Positions 28,185 through 42,040 of a DNA stretch of 64,000 bases are shown here, in pieces (positions within the stretch are counted from its first letter, which is position 1; each line of letters opens with the position of its first letter). The DNA is from Eledone cirrhosa. Lineage: Eukaryota. The notes beneath the pieces are model-generated. The model did no database searches and was not told where the DNA came from. It saw only the letters and a list, made by a program, of their open reading frames with translations. Position numbers and translations under genes: made by a program. The stretch spans positions 496,001 through 560,000 of the forward strand of contig OZ024761.1 of NCBI GenBank assembly GCA_964016885.1, in the 5' to 3' direction.

Positions 28185-28480
28185 TTTCCATGACATTCGG
28201 AAACATGTTTTTCACGCTCAGAATTATTGAAGCATGGAACAAACTACCTGCATCAGTTGTTAGCTGTCAGGACACTGCATCCTTCAAAACTTCCATGCTT
28301 CCCGAAATTCGCCAGCACTACACCTCATATCCCTCTCCATACACACCAACACATGTGTGTATCTGTGTGTATATCATGACTCGTACTGTTTACTTTCCTG
28401 GCATTTATACATTATTTTATGTACTATACATTCACATTTGATGAGTGGTAGTGCACCTGAGAACTGTACACAATAATTTT
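28185..28480 (+). mobile_element. CR1-type LINE 3' fragment
   Basis: FFTLRIIEAWNKLPASVV...SFK C-terminal motif. Confidence 0.7.
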
Positions 28481-28489
28481 CGTTATCAT

Positions 28490-28872
28490 TTGGCAGTATC
28501 GGTAGAGGGTTGGACGCCATGCTTTCTAGCATAGTTACGTCCCTTTACAGTCTGAGTTCAAATCCCGCCGAGGTTAACTTTGCCTTTCATCCTTACGGGG
28601 TCGATAAAATAAAGTACCAGTAATGTACTGGGTATTTGCTGGCCTTGTGCCTAAAGTAGAAACAATTATTATTATATATTAGGGCGGTAGATTGGCAGTA
28701 TCGGTAGAGGGTCGGACGCCATGCTTTGAAGCATTGAGTTACGTCTCTTTACGATCTGAGTTCAAATCCCGCTGAGTTGACTTTGCCTTTCATCCTTACG
28801 GGGTCGATAAAATAAAGTACCAGTAATGCACTGGGTAATTGCTGGCCTTGTGCCTAAAAGTAGAAACAATTA
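28490..28872 (+). mobile_element. Two tandem SINE copies
   Basis: 28490-28670 and 28681-28872 match the main SINE. Confidence 0.88.
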
Positions 28873-29342
28873 TATATTCTACATGAACGTAATGTCATTT
28901 ATACAACTATAAATTGCGAGAGCAAAAAGCCATCAATAAAATCGTAATGTATATGAAATAAATATTTAAAATAATAGACTTGGAAATGTGTTCATAGAAT
29001 ATTCCAGAAAATGTAAATCTAAAGGTGGGGTGGCAAATATGTTGCTTATAAGAAATAATGTTTTAAAGACAAGAGAACTTTTCATCAACAAAATCGTAAT
29101 ATACATCACCGAAAATATATCTCTACAGAGTATGTATTATTAAAATAAAGTTAGAAGCAAATAAATCGGAGATCATTAAACTCTACATCTTTAGTTTTAT
29201 TTATATCGTGAAAATGTTGATCGTTAGGCATTAAATTGTGGCTGTGATTGTCTTGGCCTTCGTGTGTTTGATTGAAATCATATTTTACTGTTTATCTTGT
29301 AAATTTAAAGGAGGGGACATATGTTATGTTGCTTGTAAGAAT

Positions 29343-29930
29343 TAATTGTTTCTACTTTGGGAACAAGGCCAGCAATTATCTCAGTGTATTACTGGTACTT
29401 TATTTTATCGACCTCGTAAGGATGAAAGGCAAAGCTAACCTCGGCGGTATTTGAACCCAGACCACTGCTTATAAGAAATAATTGTTTCTACTTTTGGCAC
29501 AAGGCCAGCAATTACCAAGTACATTACTGGTACTTTATTTTATCGACCCCATAAGGATGAAAGGCAAAGTTAACCTCGGCGGGATTTGAACTCAGAATGG
29601 AAAGGGCCGTAACTCTATGCGTCAAAGCATGGCGTCCGATCCTCTACCGATACTGCCAATCCCCCGTATAAGAAATAATTGTTTCTACTTTAGGCACAAG
29701 GCCAGCAATTACTGGTACTTTATTTTATCGACCCTGTAAGGATGAAAGGCAAAGTTAACCTCGACGGGATTTGAACTCAGACTGTAACGGGACGTAACTA
29801 TGCTAGAAAGCATGGCGTTCAACCCTCTACCGATACTGCCAATTCACCGCCAGAAATAATGATCACCGTATAAGAAATAATTGTTTCTACTTTAGGCACA
29901 AGGCCAGCAATTACCCAGTGCGTTACTGGA
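29343..29930 (-). mobile_element. Cluster of four SINE copies
   Basis: Copies begin at about 29343, 29480, 29678 and 29879; the last three are preceded by tataagaaataat. Confidence 0.88.
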
Positions 29931-30682
29931 TCTAAAGACATCAGAAAATTTCATCAACAAAATCGTAAATACAGAATATGTATTATTAAAATAAAATTAT
30001 GAGCAAATAAATCGAGACTCACTAAACTCTATGTAGTTTTATTTATATCGTGAAAATGTTGATCGTCAGATATTAAATTGTGGCTGTGATTCTTTTTGCT
30101 TTGGCGTGTTTGATTGAAATCATATATTCATGCTTTTGTTTAAACATTGTTGATCTTTTTAAAACTAATTTTAGGTTACTCGTACCTCGTGTGTTTGGTT
30201 TCTTTTGATGCGGCCTCACTATTTTGTTTATTTGTGCCGCTAGTCCTTCCGTAGATTGGTTAAATTTGATCTGTTGGAACATTAAAATGAACTGTTGCGT
30301 AAAGGACACATCTTACGATTACTCCAGGTATTTAGATAGATGTCCAGATGTCCACAATTTTCAGAATAATACAATCAGGAAAATCCATCATCCAATAACT
30401 CTTGGTAATAATCCAATTTCGTTGCAATCGCCATTTTCGGAAGAAACTGGTAAAGAAAAACACAAGACTTATTCAGCAGTAAATGCAGTGAAAACAATAA
30501 AAATATAATTACTAAATATAATAATGTTTTTGTTGCATTAATTCTTTTCTTTTCTTTATTGCAAACATAATTTAATTAAAATTAAAATAAAGTACTTTCG
30601 ATTACGAAAGTGTATATATATATATATATATATATATACACAAATATGTATGCATGTATATATATATAGAGAGAGAGATGTT

Positions 30683-30717
<35 letters not shown>

Positions 30718-31883
30718 CTATGAGTATATCTTTCTTAGACAAAATCAAAAAGTTTACGTCAAGAAGCCAATCGATTAAATTAACCCCAGTACGTGACTGG
30801 TACTATATTTTATCTTCTCAAGAAACAGAGAATGGAAAATTAAACTCGATTTGCGATGTAAACACAAAAAGTTGGAGTAATAACATTTAAAAATTAAACA
30901 TTGAAGTCTTAATCCTTTACTTTTTAGTTGAAGTTGGTGTCGAGGGCTTAGTTGTTAGTGTGTGATGTAAGTATTGGGGTTATGAAGTAGAAGCTGACAT
31001 GAGGAGTTCAATCTTCAGGTGGGGATATTGAATTTCTTTTAATTATTATTTTTAAAGTACGAAAAAAATACATTTACATAATTGTTTCTACTTTTGGCAC
31101 AAGGCCAGCAATTACCCAGTGTATTACTGGTACTTTATTTTATTGGGACATTGCTGCAAAGGGTATATCATTGTAAGTTCAAATCTTACACACGTTACAT
31201 ATTATCTATATCTATGTATTGGGATCTTGTTAAATTTACGGCAACGTCACTCGAACTTGGAATCTTTCTCTCTCACGCATGCACGCACACACACACAAGC
31301 CAGGTATGACGGATTTGAAATTAGTGAATATAATTACAGACGGAGTCGTAAGTTCAAATCAACCCTAGAGCTATAAGAAAAATGTAAAGATTTACTTATC
31401 AACGGAACAGAATTATGAAACGCAACGTCGACCATTTTTATCAACAATAACATTGGGAAAGGCATGACAGCCACCACATCAATTTGTTTTCCAAGTGGGT
31501 TTATAAATATTAATTTTCACTAAATAAGTAGAGGAGACGGTAGAGCTACTGGTCTATAGTTCCATCTCAGTCAGGATCTACAATTAGGGAGAGACAAAAT
31601 AAAAGAGAAGAGCTTTAGTACTACCTCATATATATATGTCGATGTCCATTTCCACATGGCATCTCTGGTCTTCGATGTTGTCACCGCCTGCTTTACGTAG
31701 CATCTGAACTATCTAACATTTGTTCAGAGAGGTTCTCCCTTCATATCTTTTCGTGTCACTCTAAAAATGTTCATACGAACAAGCATGTGCCCTGATGGTT
31801 AGTCAATCGTTATTATGCTGGTATATGGTATGTTTTTAATATATATGTATATTTACATAGATGTGAGTATATATGAATGTATG

Positions 31884-31941
<58 letters not shown>

Positions 31942-32040
31942 CAGTCGATCGACTTTCTTCAAATCGGACCGAGAAAACAATGTTTCCATTGGTCTTTCAA
32001 ATTGCTAATACCATCTATCGGTCGAAACTCCGGATAGATG

Positions 32041-32083
<43 letters not shown>

Positions 32084-32579
32084 CGATATATGTGTATATA
32101 TATATATATTTGTCGATATATATGTAAATATATATATATATGTGTGTATGCATATATGAAATCGCTCATGTTGAGAAACCCTGGGGTAATCTAAAGACAG
32201 AGGGGTTTGAGAGAGCAGTCTTTAAATAATTACCCCTCCCTACTTCCCCTTGTCTATAGACTGTATTGTAAATATTACATAACAACTTTAATATTTAATA
32301 ATATGGACATGAAAATATAATTGTTAATACAGTAATCCAGAATTAAAATATAGATCTAATGGGAAGAGGTGAGTATTATAACTTTTATAAGAAATAACGA
32401 TCTAAAGACGAGAGAAAATTTCATCAACAAAATCGTAAAGTACACTCACGAAAATATATGTCTACAAAATACAGATTAGTAAAATAAAGTTAGAAGTAAA
32501 TAAATGAGAAGTCACTTAACGTTACATATTTAATTTTATTTATATCGTAAAACATGTTGAGCTTCAAATATTAAATGTA

Positions 32580-33087
32580 TTCGAATCAACAACTAAACAA
32601 GATACTCCGTTTGTATACCTAAATATGGAATGTTACGCGATGCCCCACGCCCTCCCCGACGGACAGGATGGAGAAGGCGTTCCCACGGAGGACGGCAAGG
32701 GAGATGCGCTGGAAAAGCCACTCCAACTCGCAGGGTTCACACCTGCGGCTGGCCAGCTCAGCGCCTATGGTGGTGAGTAGGGAGGTATCCCTGGAGCCGA
32801 GGACACCAGCAGTCTCCACTGCCAGGGGTACGACCGCAAACCTGTCGGAGAGCGACCGGTATTTGGAGAGTTTGGCCCCCTCAGCCCGACGTGCAGCAGA
32901 ACCTGGATTAGTCGCAGACTGCACCAGGTTGCGGCTGCAGAAATTGTCGGTGCAAGTGGCATCCAGGGCGAGGGGTTTGCCATCGCGGAACGGGAAGATG
33001 TTCATGCCACCTGGCCTTTTGTCGTCCCCTCGGTCCAGCCCCACTGGCTAGAGCTCGGAAGGGAAGCCCGCAGCGTCCAAGCCATGC
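32580..33087 (-). mobile_element. 3' fragment of a REL-endonuclease non-LTR retrotransposon (CRE/NeSL/R2-like)
   Basis: ORF 32619-33044: KRP.G..FPF..GK.LA.D.T.....E..K..KY..L...VVPLAVET.G..G...LFQRISLAVLRGNA; GC-rich island. Confidence 0.85.
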
Positions 33088-33642
33088 TTGTGGCTGATAT
33101 TGTCTTTGACTTTACGTCTTTGTTGGAAATCATTTCTTAATGTTTGTCTTTCTTTAAACATTGTCTTTTTTTTTAAATTAATTTTAGATTATTCGTACCT
33201 CATCTCTGTGGTTTCTTTTGATGCAGCCGCCCTGTTTTGTATATTTGGTTTTATTTTAAAAGTAATCCATTGGAAGATCAGACATTGAAGTGAAATGTTA
33301 CTTAAAAGATGATCCCAGGTATTTAGATAGATGTCTCGATGTCCACTGACAACAAAATAATACTATAAGGAAATACCATCATCCAGTAAAACTTGGTAAT
33401 AATCCAGTCTCGTCGCAGTCGACAGTGGTAAGAAAGAAACAAAAATAAGAGGACTATTCATCAGTTAATGAAGTGAATACACAATATACATGTTTACATA
33501 TATATAAATATATATATATGTAATATATATATATATATATATTTATAATATATATATATATATTTATAATATATATATATATATAATATATATATTTATA
33601 GTATATATATAATATATATTTATAATATATATATATATATAT

Positions 33643-33727
<85 letters not shown>

Positions 33728-33747
33728 GTATAATACATATATAATTC

Positions 33748-34650
33748 GTTTCTGAATTTGTTTAGCAAGATTCTTTATCTGAAAACGTGTGTTGAAACCG
33801 ATATTGTTATATTTTGGGAGGGTCATGTTGCCAATAAGAAACACACGCACCAGTTGCTTTCACTTCAATTTATTGTAATAAATTTATAAATTTAGGAATT
33901 TATAACTTTCCGGTTGGTTGGTTGGTTGGTTGGTTCCGCAACCAGATGGTTGTTTATATATTGTCAAAGTTCTTTCGTCACACATTCTGTGACCTCTTCA
34001 GTGACTGGGGATTCTTTTCTTTATTTTTGTTTTTGTGCCTCTCCTTTGTTCTGTCCTACGCCATCTTGTTTCTGGTGTGTGTTCTTTTATCTGTTTAAGC
34101 CATTTTAGTTTCTTGTTAAAGTGCTTATCACATTCTTGAACAATGTACTGTTCTTCAGGACGTATAAGGTTTATAAATATTATTTTTTCTATTGGTGTGG
34201 TGATCTTAGTTATTTCTTGTATTAGGTTACGCTTATGTTTTTCTTGATGACTTAATTCTCTATAGATCTTCTTTTTTATGTTTAGAATTAGTGTTCGTTT
34301 TAGCCTATTTGCTTGCTTTTTGGTGAGCTGTAATCTTCTTACATCGGTGTTGATGGTGTTGGTGTAAACTCGGGACGAGGCACATTCTTTTATGATGAAA
34401 CAAGATGGCGTAGGACAGAACATTGGAGAGACACAAAAACAAAATCAAAGAAAAGAATCCCCAGTAACTGAAGAGGTCACAGAATGTGTGACGAAATAAA
34501 TTTGACAATATATAAACAACCATCTGGTTGTGGAACCAACCAACCAGCCGGAAATTTATAAATTTATAAATTTATTCTAATATATTGAAGTGAAAGCAAC
34601 TGGTGCGTGTGTTTCTTATTGGCAACATGACCCTCCCAAAATATAACATA
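33748..34650 (-). mobile_element. Family C PLE derivative: pLTR + short ORF segment + inverted pLTR
   Basis: 33805-34070 is inverted at 34398-34650; HHRs at 33963-34005 (minus) and 34464-34506 (plus). Confidence 0.8.
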
Positions 34651-34686
34651 TATAATATATATAATATATATGTATAATATATATAT

Positions 34687-34721
<35 letters not shown>

Positions 34722-34803
34722 ATATATATATATATAATATATATATATAATTTATTTATATATAATATATATATATCATGCATATATAATAAATATATAT
34801 ATA

Positions 34804-34858
<55 letters not shown>

Positions 34859-35352
34859 CTATATATATTATATAAATATATCATAAATGTATTATATATA
34901 TATTATATATAATTATATATATATTATATATATATTATATATATATAATATATATATATTTAATATATATATATTATATACGTATATATTATATATATAT
35001 TATATATATATATGATATATATTATGAATATATATTATATATATAAGTAGAAACAATTATATATATACTATATATATATATTATATATATATTATATGTA
35101 TATGTTATTCATAGATATTATATTTATATTATATATATAAATATATTATATACATAATATTTATAGAGAGAGAGATTATATCTATTTTTATTATGTAGAT
35201 ATATTAATATCTTATATATATATATAATATAAATATATATATAGATATACATACTTATATATATATATAGACATTACATATATTATATATATATTATATT
35301 TATAGTATATATATATTCTATATATATTATATATATATTATATATATATATA

Positions 35353-35398
<46 letters not shown>

Positions 35399-35424
35399 TA
35401 TATTATATATATATATATATATTC

Positions 35425-35500
<76 letters not shown>

Positions 35501-35538
35501 CATATATATTACATATATATTACATATATATTACGTAT

Positions 35539-35705
35539 AGAGGGTCGGACGCCATGCTTTGCAGCACAGTTACGTCTCTTTACGGACTGAGTTCAAATCC
35601 CGCCGAGGTTAACTTTGCCTTTCATCCTTACGAGGTCGATTAAATAAAGTACCAGTAATACACTGGGATAATTGCTGACCTTGTGCCAAAAAGTAGAAAC
35701 AATTA
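35539..35705 (+). mobile_element. tRNA-SINE, 5' truncated
   Basis: Matches the main SINE. Confidence 0.85.
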
Positions 35706-35707
35706 TA

Positions 35708-36289
35708 TCTATATATATAAAACTGAGGATGTCTGTCTCTGTGTGTGTCTGTGAGTTTGAATCCTTAAAACTCGAGAAGTACCCAACCGATTATTTTTAA
35801 ACTTTACATGTGTATTACTTATGTTTCAGGGAGTGTTATGCACATAAAATACAACTTTGATTCCCTAGGGCTCGCATTAGGTGAAAAACTGCGGGTTTTT
35901 TTCAGCCTTTTAGGGGTTTTTGAGGCGTTACGTCAGACAGATTTCCTTGAAAATCCAACTTTTTTATGGCCTAGGTCTCGCATTAGGTGAAGAATTTCAT
36001 TTTTTCAGCTTTTTAGGACGTTTTGAGGCGTTACGTCTAGCCGAAATTTCAAGGTATATTATGCACATGAAAAAAATTCATTTTCTTGATCCTCTAGGGC
36101 CCGCATAAGGTGAAAATCTGCATTTTTCCTGCTTTATCGAGGAAAATCTTAAAGATTATCCAGCCATTAGAGTATTCGGTATATTTGATTTACATATTGT
36201 CCAGGCATGCAGTTTTTCAACGATTAGGTCTGTTGGCGACCCGCGTTTCAAAATAACTTATCCTGTGCAACGCCGGGTACCACTGCTAT
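35708..36289 (+). mobile_element. Non-autonomous Helitron-like element
   Basis: 5' TCTATATATATAAAA then gtctgtct repeats; 3' cctgtgcaacgccggg hairpin followed by CTA-T. Confidence 0.7.
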
Positions 36290-36953
36290 ATATTATATAT
36301 AAATATTATATATATATTATATATAGAGATAATTATATATATATATTATATATATATATTATATATGTATATTTTATATATATTATATACATATTATATA
36401 TATATGATATATATATGTAATATATATTTATATATATTATATATATACCTATATATTATATATATATCTTTTATATATTATATATAAAAAATATATATTA
36501 TATATATATTATATATAAAAAATATATATTATATATATATATATATATATTATATGTATATATTATATATATGTATTACATATATATTATATATACACTA
36601 TATAAATATTATATCTTTATATCATATATATCAATATATAAATCATATATATATATTATATTATATATATATATTATGTATATTATATATACTATGTATA
36701 TATATTATATATATACTATATATTATATGTATATTATATGTATATTATATGTTATTTATAGATATTATATTTATATTATATTATATATATTATATATATA
36801 TATATATGTGTGTGTATATATATATTATACATATATATTTATTATGTTTATATATTAATATCTAATATATATATATATATTTATATATATATATATAGAC
36901 ATTATATATATTATATATATATTATATCTATATGAGATATATTATATATATAG

Positions 36954-36985
<32 letters not shown>

Positions 36986-37109
36986 ATTACATATATAAAT
37001 ATATATTGCATATATATATATATATATATTACATTTATATATATATGATATATATTTACGATATATATATATATATTTATGATATATATATATTTATATA
37101 TATATGATA

Positions 37110-37568
37110 TATCTAAGGCGGGTAAAATTCCCGAGATCCATGGACGAGTTCTCTCCAGCGGTCTCTGTCCCTCATTATTGCTGCCATGTCCTGCGTCTCC
37201 AACAGACCAGTGTCTGTCCTTAGGGCATCAACATACGTTAACCATACGTAAAGACCTGAAAATCCGCCTCTTCATTGCTGTAGTGGAGTCTGTGCTGCTG
37301 TACGGGTCTGAGACTTGGACACTGACCAAGAAACTCGCTCAGATGGTGGATGGGTGCTACACGAGAATGCTGAGGATGGCTCTGAACATTAATCAGTATA
37401 CACTGAGGATGAAAAGCTCAGAGCTGTATGGGAGCATCCCAAAAGTGAGCTCAAAAGTGACACAGAGAAGACTGAGGTTGGCTGGACATGCTCACCGACA
37501 TCCAGAGTTGACATTGCACTCAGTGCTCCTGTGGGAGCCCCTACATGGACACACTAGAAGAGGAAGAT
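37110..37568. mobile_element. RTE-clade LINE 3' fragment with 5' inversion
   Basis: Plus: KIRLF..VVESVLLYGSETW...RRLRLAGH...RRGR; minus 37112-37243: LTYVDALRTDTGL...MRDRDRWRELV. Confidence 0.85.
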
Positions 37569-37687
37569 ATGATATATATATATATGATATATTTATATAT
37601 ATATGTATTATGTATATATATATATTATATATAAATATATATTATATACATATATATTTTATATACATTATATATATCTGTATATAT

Positions 37688-37880
37688 GGGTGGTGGATTG
37701 GCAGTATCGGTAGAGGGTCGGTCGCTATGCTTTGACGCATAGAGTTACGGCCCTTGCCATCCTGAGTTCAAATACCGCCGAGGTTAACTTTGCCTTTCAT
37801 CTTTACGGTGTCGATAAAATAAAGTACCAGTAATGCACTGGGATAATTGCTGGCCTTGTGCCAAAAGTAGAAAGAATTAT
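37688..37880 (+). mobile_element. tRNA-SINE
   Basis: Full-length match to the main SINE. Confidence 0.88.
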
Positions 37881-38961
37881 ATATATATAATATCTATATA
37901 TCATATTATATATATATATTTATTATATATATATATTAATATGTATTATATAACATATATATATTATATATATATATATTAATATGTAATATATAATATA
38001 TATATATATATATATATTAAATATACATATATTATATATATATTTATATATATATAGACATTACATATATTATATATATATACTATATATAAATATGTAT
38101 AACATATATATATATTACATATATATAAATATATATATATATTATATATGTATTATGTATACATATAAATATATATTATATATATATATATATTATATAT
38201 ATTTATATAATATAAACACATATATCTAAACACCACTATACCACCACCTCAGCCACCACCACCATACCACCACCACAACCATCACAGCCTCACCACCACA
38301 ACAGCACTACCACGACCACCCGTGTTAACCATTAACCACCACCATCATACCAACATCACCACAATAACCACACCCACCACAACCACCACCATACCAACAC
38401 CACGTCACCACCATACCACCACAACAACCATCACAGCATCACCACCACAACATTACCTCCACCATACCACCACCACCACAACATCACCTCCACCATACCA
38501 CCACCACCACAACATCACCTCCACAACCTCACCACCATAACCACCATATCACCACCACAACCACCACCATCTCAGCCACCACCACTACCACCACTCCTGT
38601 TAATCATCAACCACCTGGTTAGAAGTATATTTATCGACATAAAACTGCATTATAACTGGAAACCTGCCTACACGTGACTCGGCGGAAGTAGAAAAGAAAG
38701 GCGGGAAGACTGAAGAAAGTTTTCTTTTTTTTCTTTTGTTTTTTTTTTCTTTTGTCTTTTCTTCTTCTTCTTCTTCTTCTTCTTCTTCTTCTTCTTCTTC
38801 TTCTTCTTCTTCTTTTTCTTCTTCTTCTTCTTCTTCTTCTTCTCCTCCTCCTCCTCCTCCTCCCCCCTTCACCTCTCCAGTCAAGTGAAGTCAAGACAAC
38901 CAATCAATATTTGGAAATATTAAGTAGTTTGTGAGGAATTTGGTGGCAGCAGCTTTCAGGT

Positions 38962-41930
38962 GGCTTGGAACAACATGGCAGAGTTTGGAAGAGCTTGGAA
39001 CAACATGGAAGAGTTTGGAAGAGCTTGGAACAACATGGCATAGTTTGGAAGAGCTTGGAACAACATGGGAGAGTTTGGAAGAGCTTGGAACTATATGACA
39101 TAGTTTGGAAGAGCTTGGAACAACATGGCAGAGTTTGGAAGGGCTTGGAACAACATGGCAGAGTTTGGAAGAGCTTGGAACAACATGGCAGAGTTTGGAA
39201 GAGCTTGGAACAACACGGAAGAGCTTAGAAGAGCTTGGAACAACATGGCTGAGTATGGAAGATCTTGGAACAACATAGCAGAGTTTGGAAGAGCTTGGAA
39301 CAACATGGCAGAGTTTGGAAAAGCTTGGAACAACATGGAAGAGTTTGGAAGAGCTTGGAACAACATGGCAGAGTTTGGAAGAGCTTTGAACAACATGGCC
39401 GAGTTTAGAAGAGCTTGGAACAAAATGGAAGAGTGTGGAAGAGCTTGGAACAACATGGCACAGTTTGGAAGCGCTTGGAACAACATGGCAAAGTTTGGAA
39501 GAGCTTGGAACAACATGGCAGAGTTTGGAAGAGCTTGGAACAACATGGCAGAGTTTGGAAGAGCTTGGAGCAACATGGAAGAGCTTAGAAGATCTTGCAA
39601 CAACATGGCAGAGTTTGGAAGAGCTTGGAACAACATGGCAGAGTTTGGAAGAGCTTGGAACAACATGGAAGAGTTTGAAAGTGCTTGGAACAAGATGGCA
39701 GAGTTTGGAAGAGCTTGGAACAACATGGAAGAGTTTGGAAGAGCTTGGAACAGTATGGCAGAGTTAGGAAGAGTTTGGAACAACATGGCAGAGTTTCGAA
39801 GAGCTTGGAACAACATGGCAGAGTTTGGGAGTTTTGGGAACAACATGGCAGAGTTTGGAAGAGCTTGAAACAACATGGAAGAGTTTGGAAGAGCTTGGAA
39901 CAACATGGCAGAGTTTGGAAGAGCTTTGAACAACATGGCCGAGTTTACAAGAGCTTGGAACAAAATGGAAGAGTTTGGAAGAGCTTGGAACAACATGGCA
40001 CAGTTTGGAAGGGCTTGGAACAACATGGCAGAGTTTGGAAGAGCTTGGAACAACATGGCAGAGTTTGGAAGAGCTTGGAGCAACATGGAAGAGCTTAGAA
40101 GATCTTGGAACAACATGGCAGAGTTTGGAAGAGCATAGAACCACATGGCAGAGTTTGGAAGAGCTTGGAACAACATGGCAGAGTTTGGAAGAGCTTGGAA
40201 CAACATGGAAGAGTTTGGAAGTGGTTGGAACAACATGGCAGAGTTTGGAAGAGCTTGGAACAACATGGCAGAGTTTGGAAGAGCTTGGAACAGCATGGCA
40301 GAGTTTGGAAGAGCTTGGAACAGCATGGCAGAGTTTTGAAGAGCTTGGAACAACATGGCAGAGTTTGGGAGTTTTTGGAACAACATGGCAGAGTTTGGAA
40401 GAGCTTGGAACAACATGGCAGAGTTTGGAAGAGCTTGGAACAGCATGGCAGAGTTTGGAAGAGCTTGGAACAACATGGAAGAGTTTGGAAGAGCTTGGAA
40501 CAACATGGCAGAGTTTGGAAGAGCTTGGAACAACAAGGAAGAGCTTGGAAGATCTTGGAACAACATGGAAGAGCTTGGAAGAGCTTGGAACAGCATGGAA
40601 GAGTTTGGAAGAGCTTGGAACAACATGGCAGAGTTTTGAAGAGCTTGGAACAACATTGAAGAGTTTGGAAGAGCTCGGAACAACATGGCAGAGTTTGGAA
40701 GAGCTTGGAAGAACATGGAAGAGTTTAGAAGAGCTTGAAACAACATGACAGAGTTTGGAAGAGCTTGGAATAACATGACAAAGTTTGGAAGAGCTTGGAA
40801 CAACATGGAAGAGTTTGGAAGAGCTCGGAACAATATGGCAGAGTTTGGAAGAGCTTGGAACAACATGGCAGAGTTTGGAAGAGCTTGGAACAACATGGCA
40901 GAGTTTGGAAGAGCTTGGAGCAACATGGAAGAGCTTAGAAGATCTTGGAACAACATGGCAGAGTTTGGAAGAGCTTGGAGCAACATGGAAGAGCTTAGAA
41001 GATCTTGGAACAACATGGCAGAGTTTGGAAGAGCTTGGAACAACATGGAAGAGTTTGGAAGGGCTTGGAACAACATGGCAGAGTTTGGAAGAGCTTGGAA
41101 CAACATGGCAGAGTTTGGAAGAGCTTGGAGCAACATGGAAGAGCTTAGAAGATCTTGGAACAACATGGCAGAGTTTGGAAGAGCTTGGAACAACATGGAA
41201 GAGTTTGGAAATGCTTGGAACAACATGGCAGAGTTTGGAAGAGCTTGGAACAACATGGCAGAGTTTGGAAGGGCTTGGAACAACATGGCAGAGTTTGGAA
41301 GAGCTTGGAACAACATGGCAGAGTTTGGAAGAGCTTGGAACAACATGGAAGAGTTTGGAAGTGCTTGGAACAACATGGCAGAGTTTGGAAGAGCTTGGAA
41401 CAACATGGCAGAGTTTGGAAGAGCTTGGAACAGCATGGCAGAGTTTGGAAGAGCATGGAACAACATGGCAGAGTTTGGAAGACTTTGGAACAACATGGTA
41501 GAGTTTGGAAGAGCTTGGAACAACATGGAAGTGTTTGGAAGAGCTTGGAACAACAAGGCATAGTTGGGAAGAGCTTGGAACAACATGGAAGAGTTTGGAA
41601 GAGCTTGGAACAACATGGCAGAGTTTGGAAGAGCTTGGAACAACAAGGAAGAGCTTGGAAGATCTTGGAACAACATGGAAGAGCTTGGAAGAGCTTGGAA
41701 CAGCATGGAAGAGTTTGGAAGAGCTTGGAACAACATGGAAGAGCTTGGAAGAGTTTGGAACAATATAGAAGAGCTTAGAAGAGCTTGGAACAGCATGGAA
41801 GAGTTTGGAAGAGTTTGGAAGAGCTTGGAAGAGCTTGGAACAACATGGAAGAGTTTGGAAGAGCTTGGAACAACATGGAAGAGCTTGGAAGAGTTTGGAA
41901 CAGCATGGAAGAGCTTGGACCAGCATGGAA
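38962..41930. repeat. 30-bp minisatellite (gagcttggaa caacatggca gagtttggaa), about 99 units
   Basis: Strict 30-bp phase built from three 10-bp subunits. Confidence 0.97.
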
Positions 41931-42040
41931 GTTAGTACTATATAGTTAGTACTATATAGTTGGTACTATATAGTTAGTACCATATAGTTAGTACTATATC
42001 GTTAGTTCCATATAGTTAGTACTATATAGTTAGTACCATG
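41931..42040. repeat. 14-bp tandem repeat (gttagtactatata), about 8 copies
   Basis: Direct inspection. Confidence 0.9.

Noticed and set aside
17947-37880. tRNA genes
   Set aside because: A/B-box matches belong to SINE heads; no cloverleaf seen
39091-41926. 901-aa and 720-aa repeat ORFs
   Set aside because: By-product of a 30-bp unit that is open in several frames on both strands
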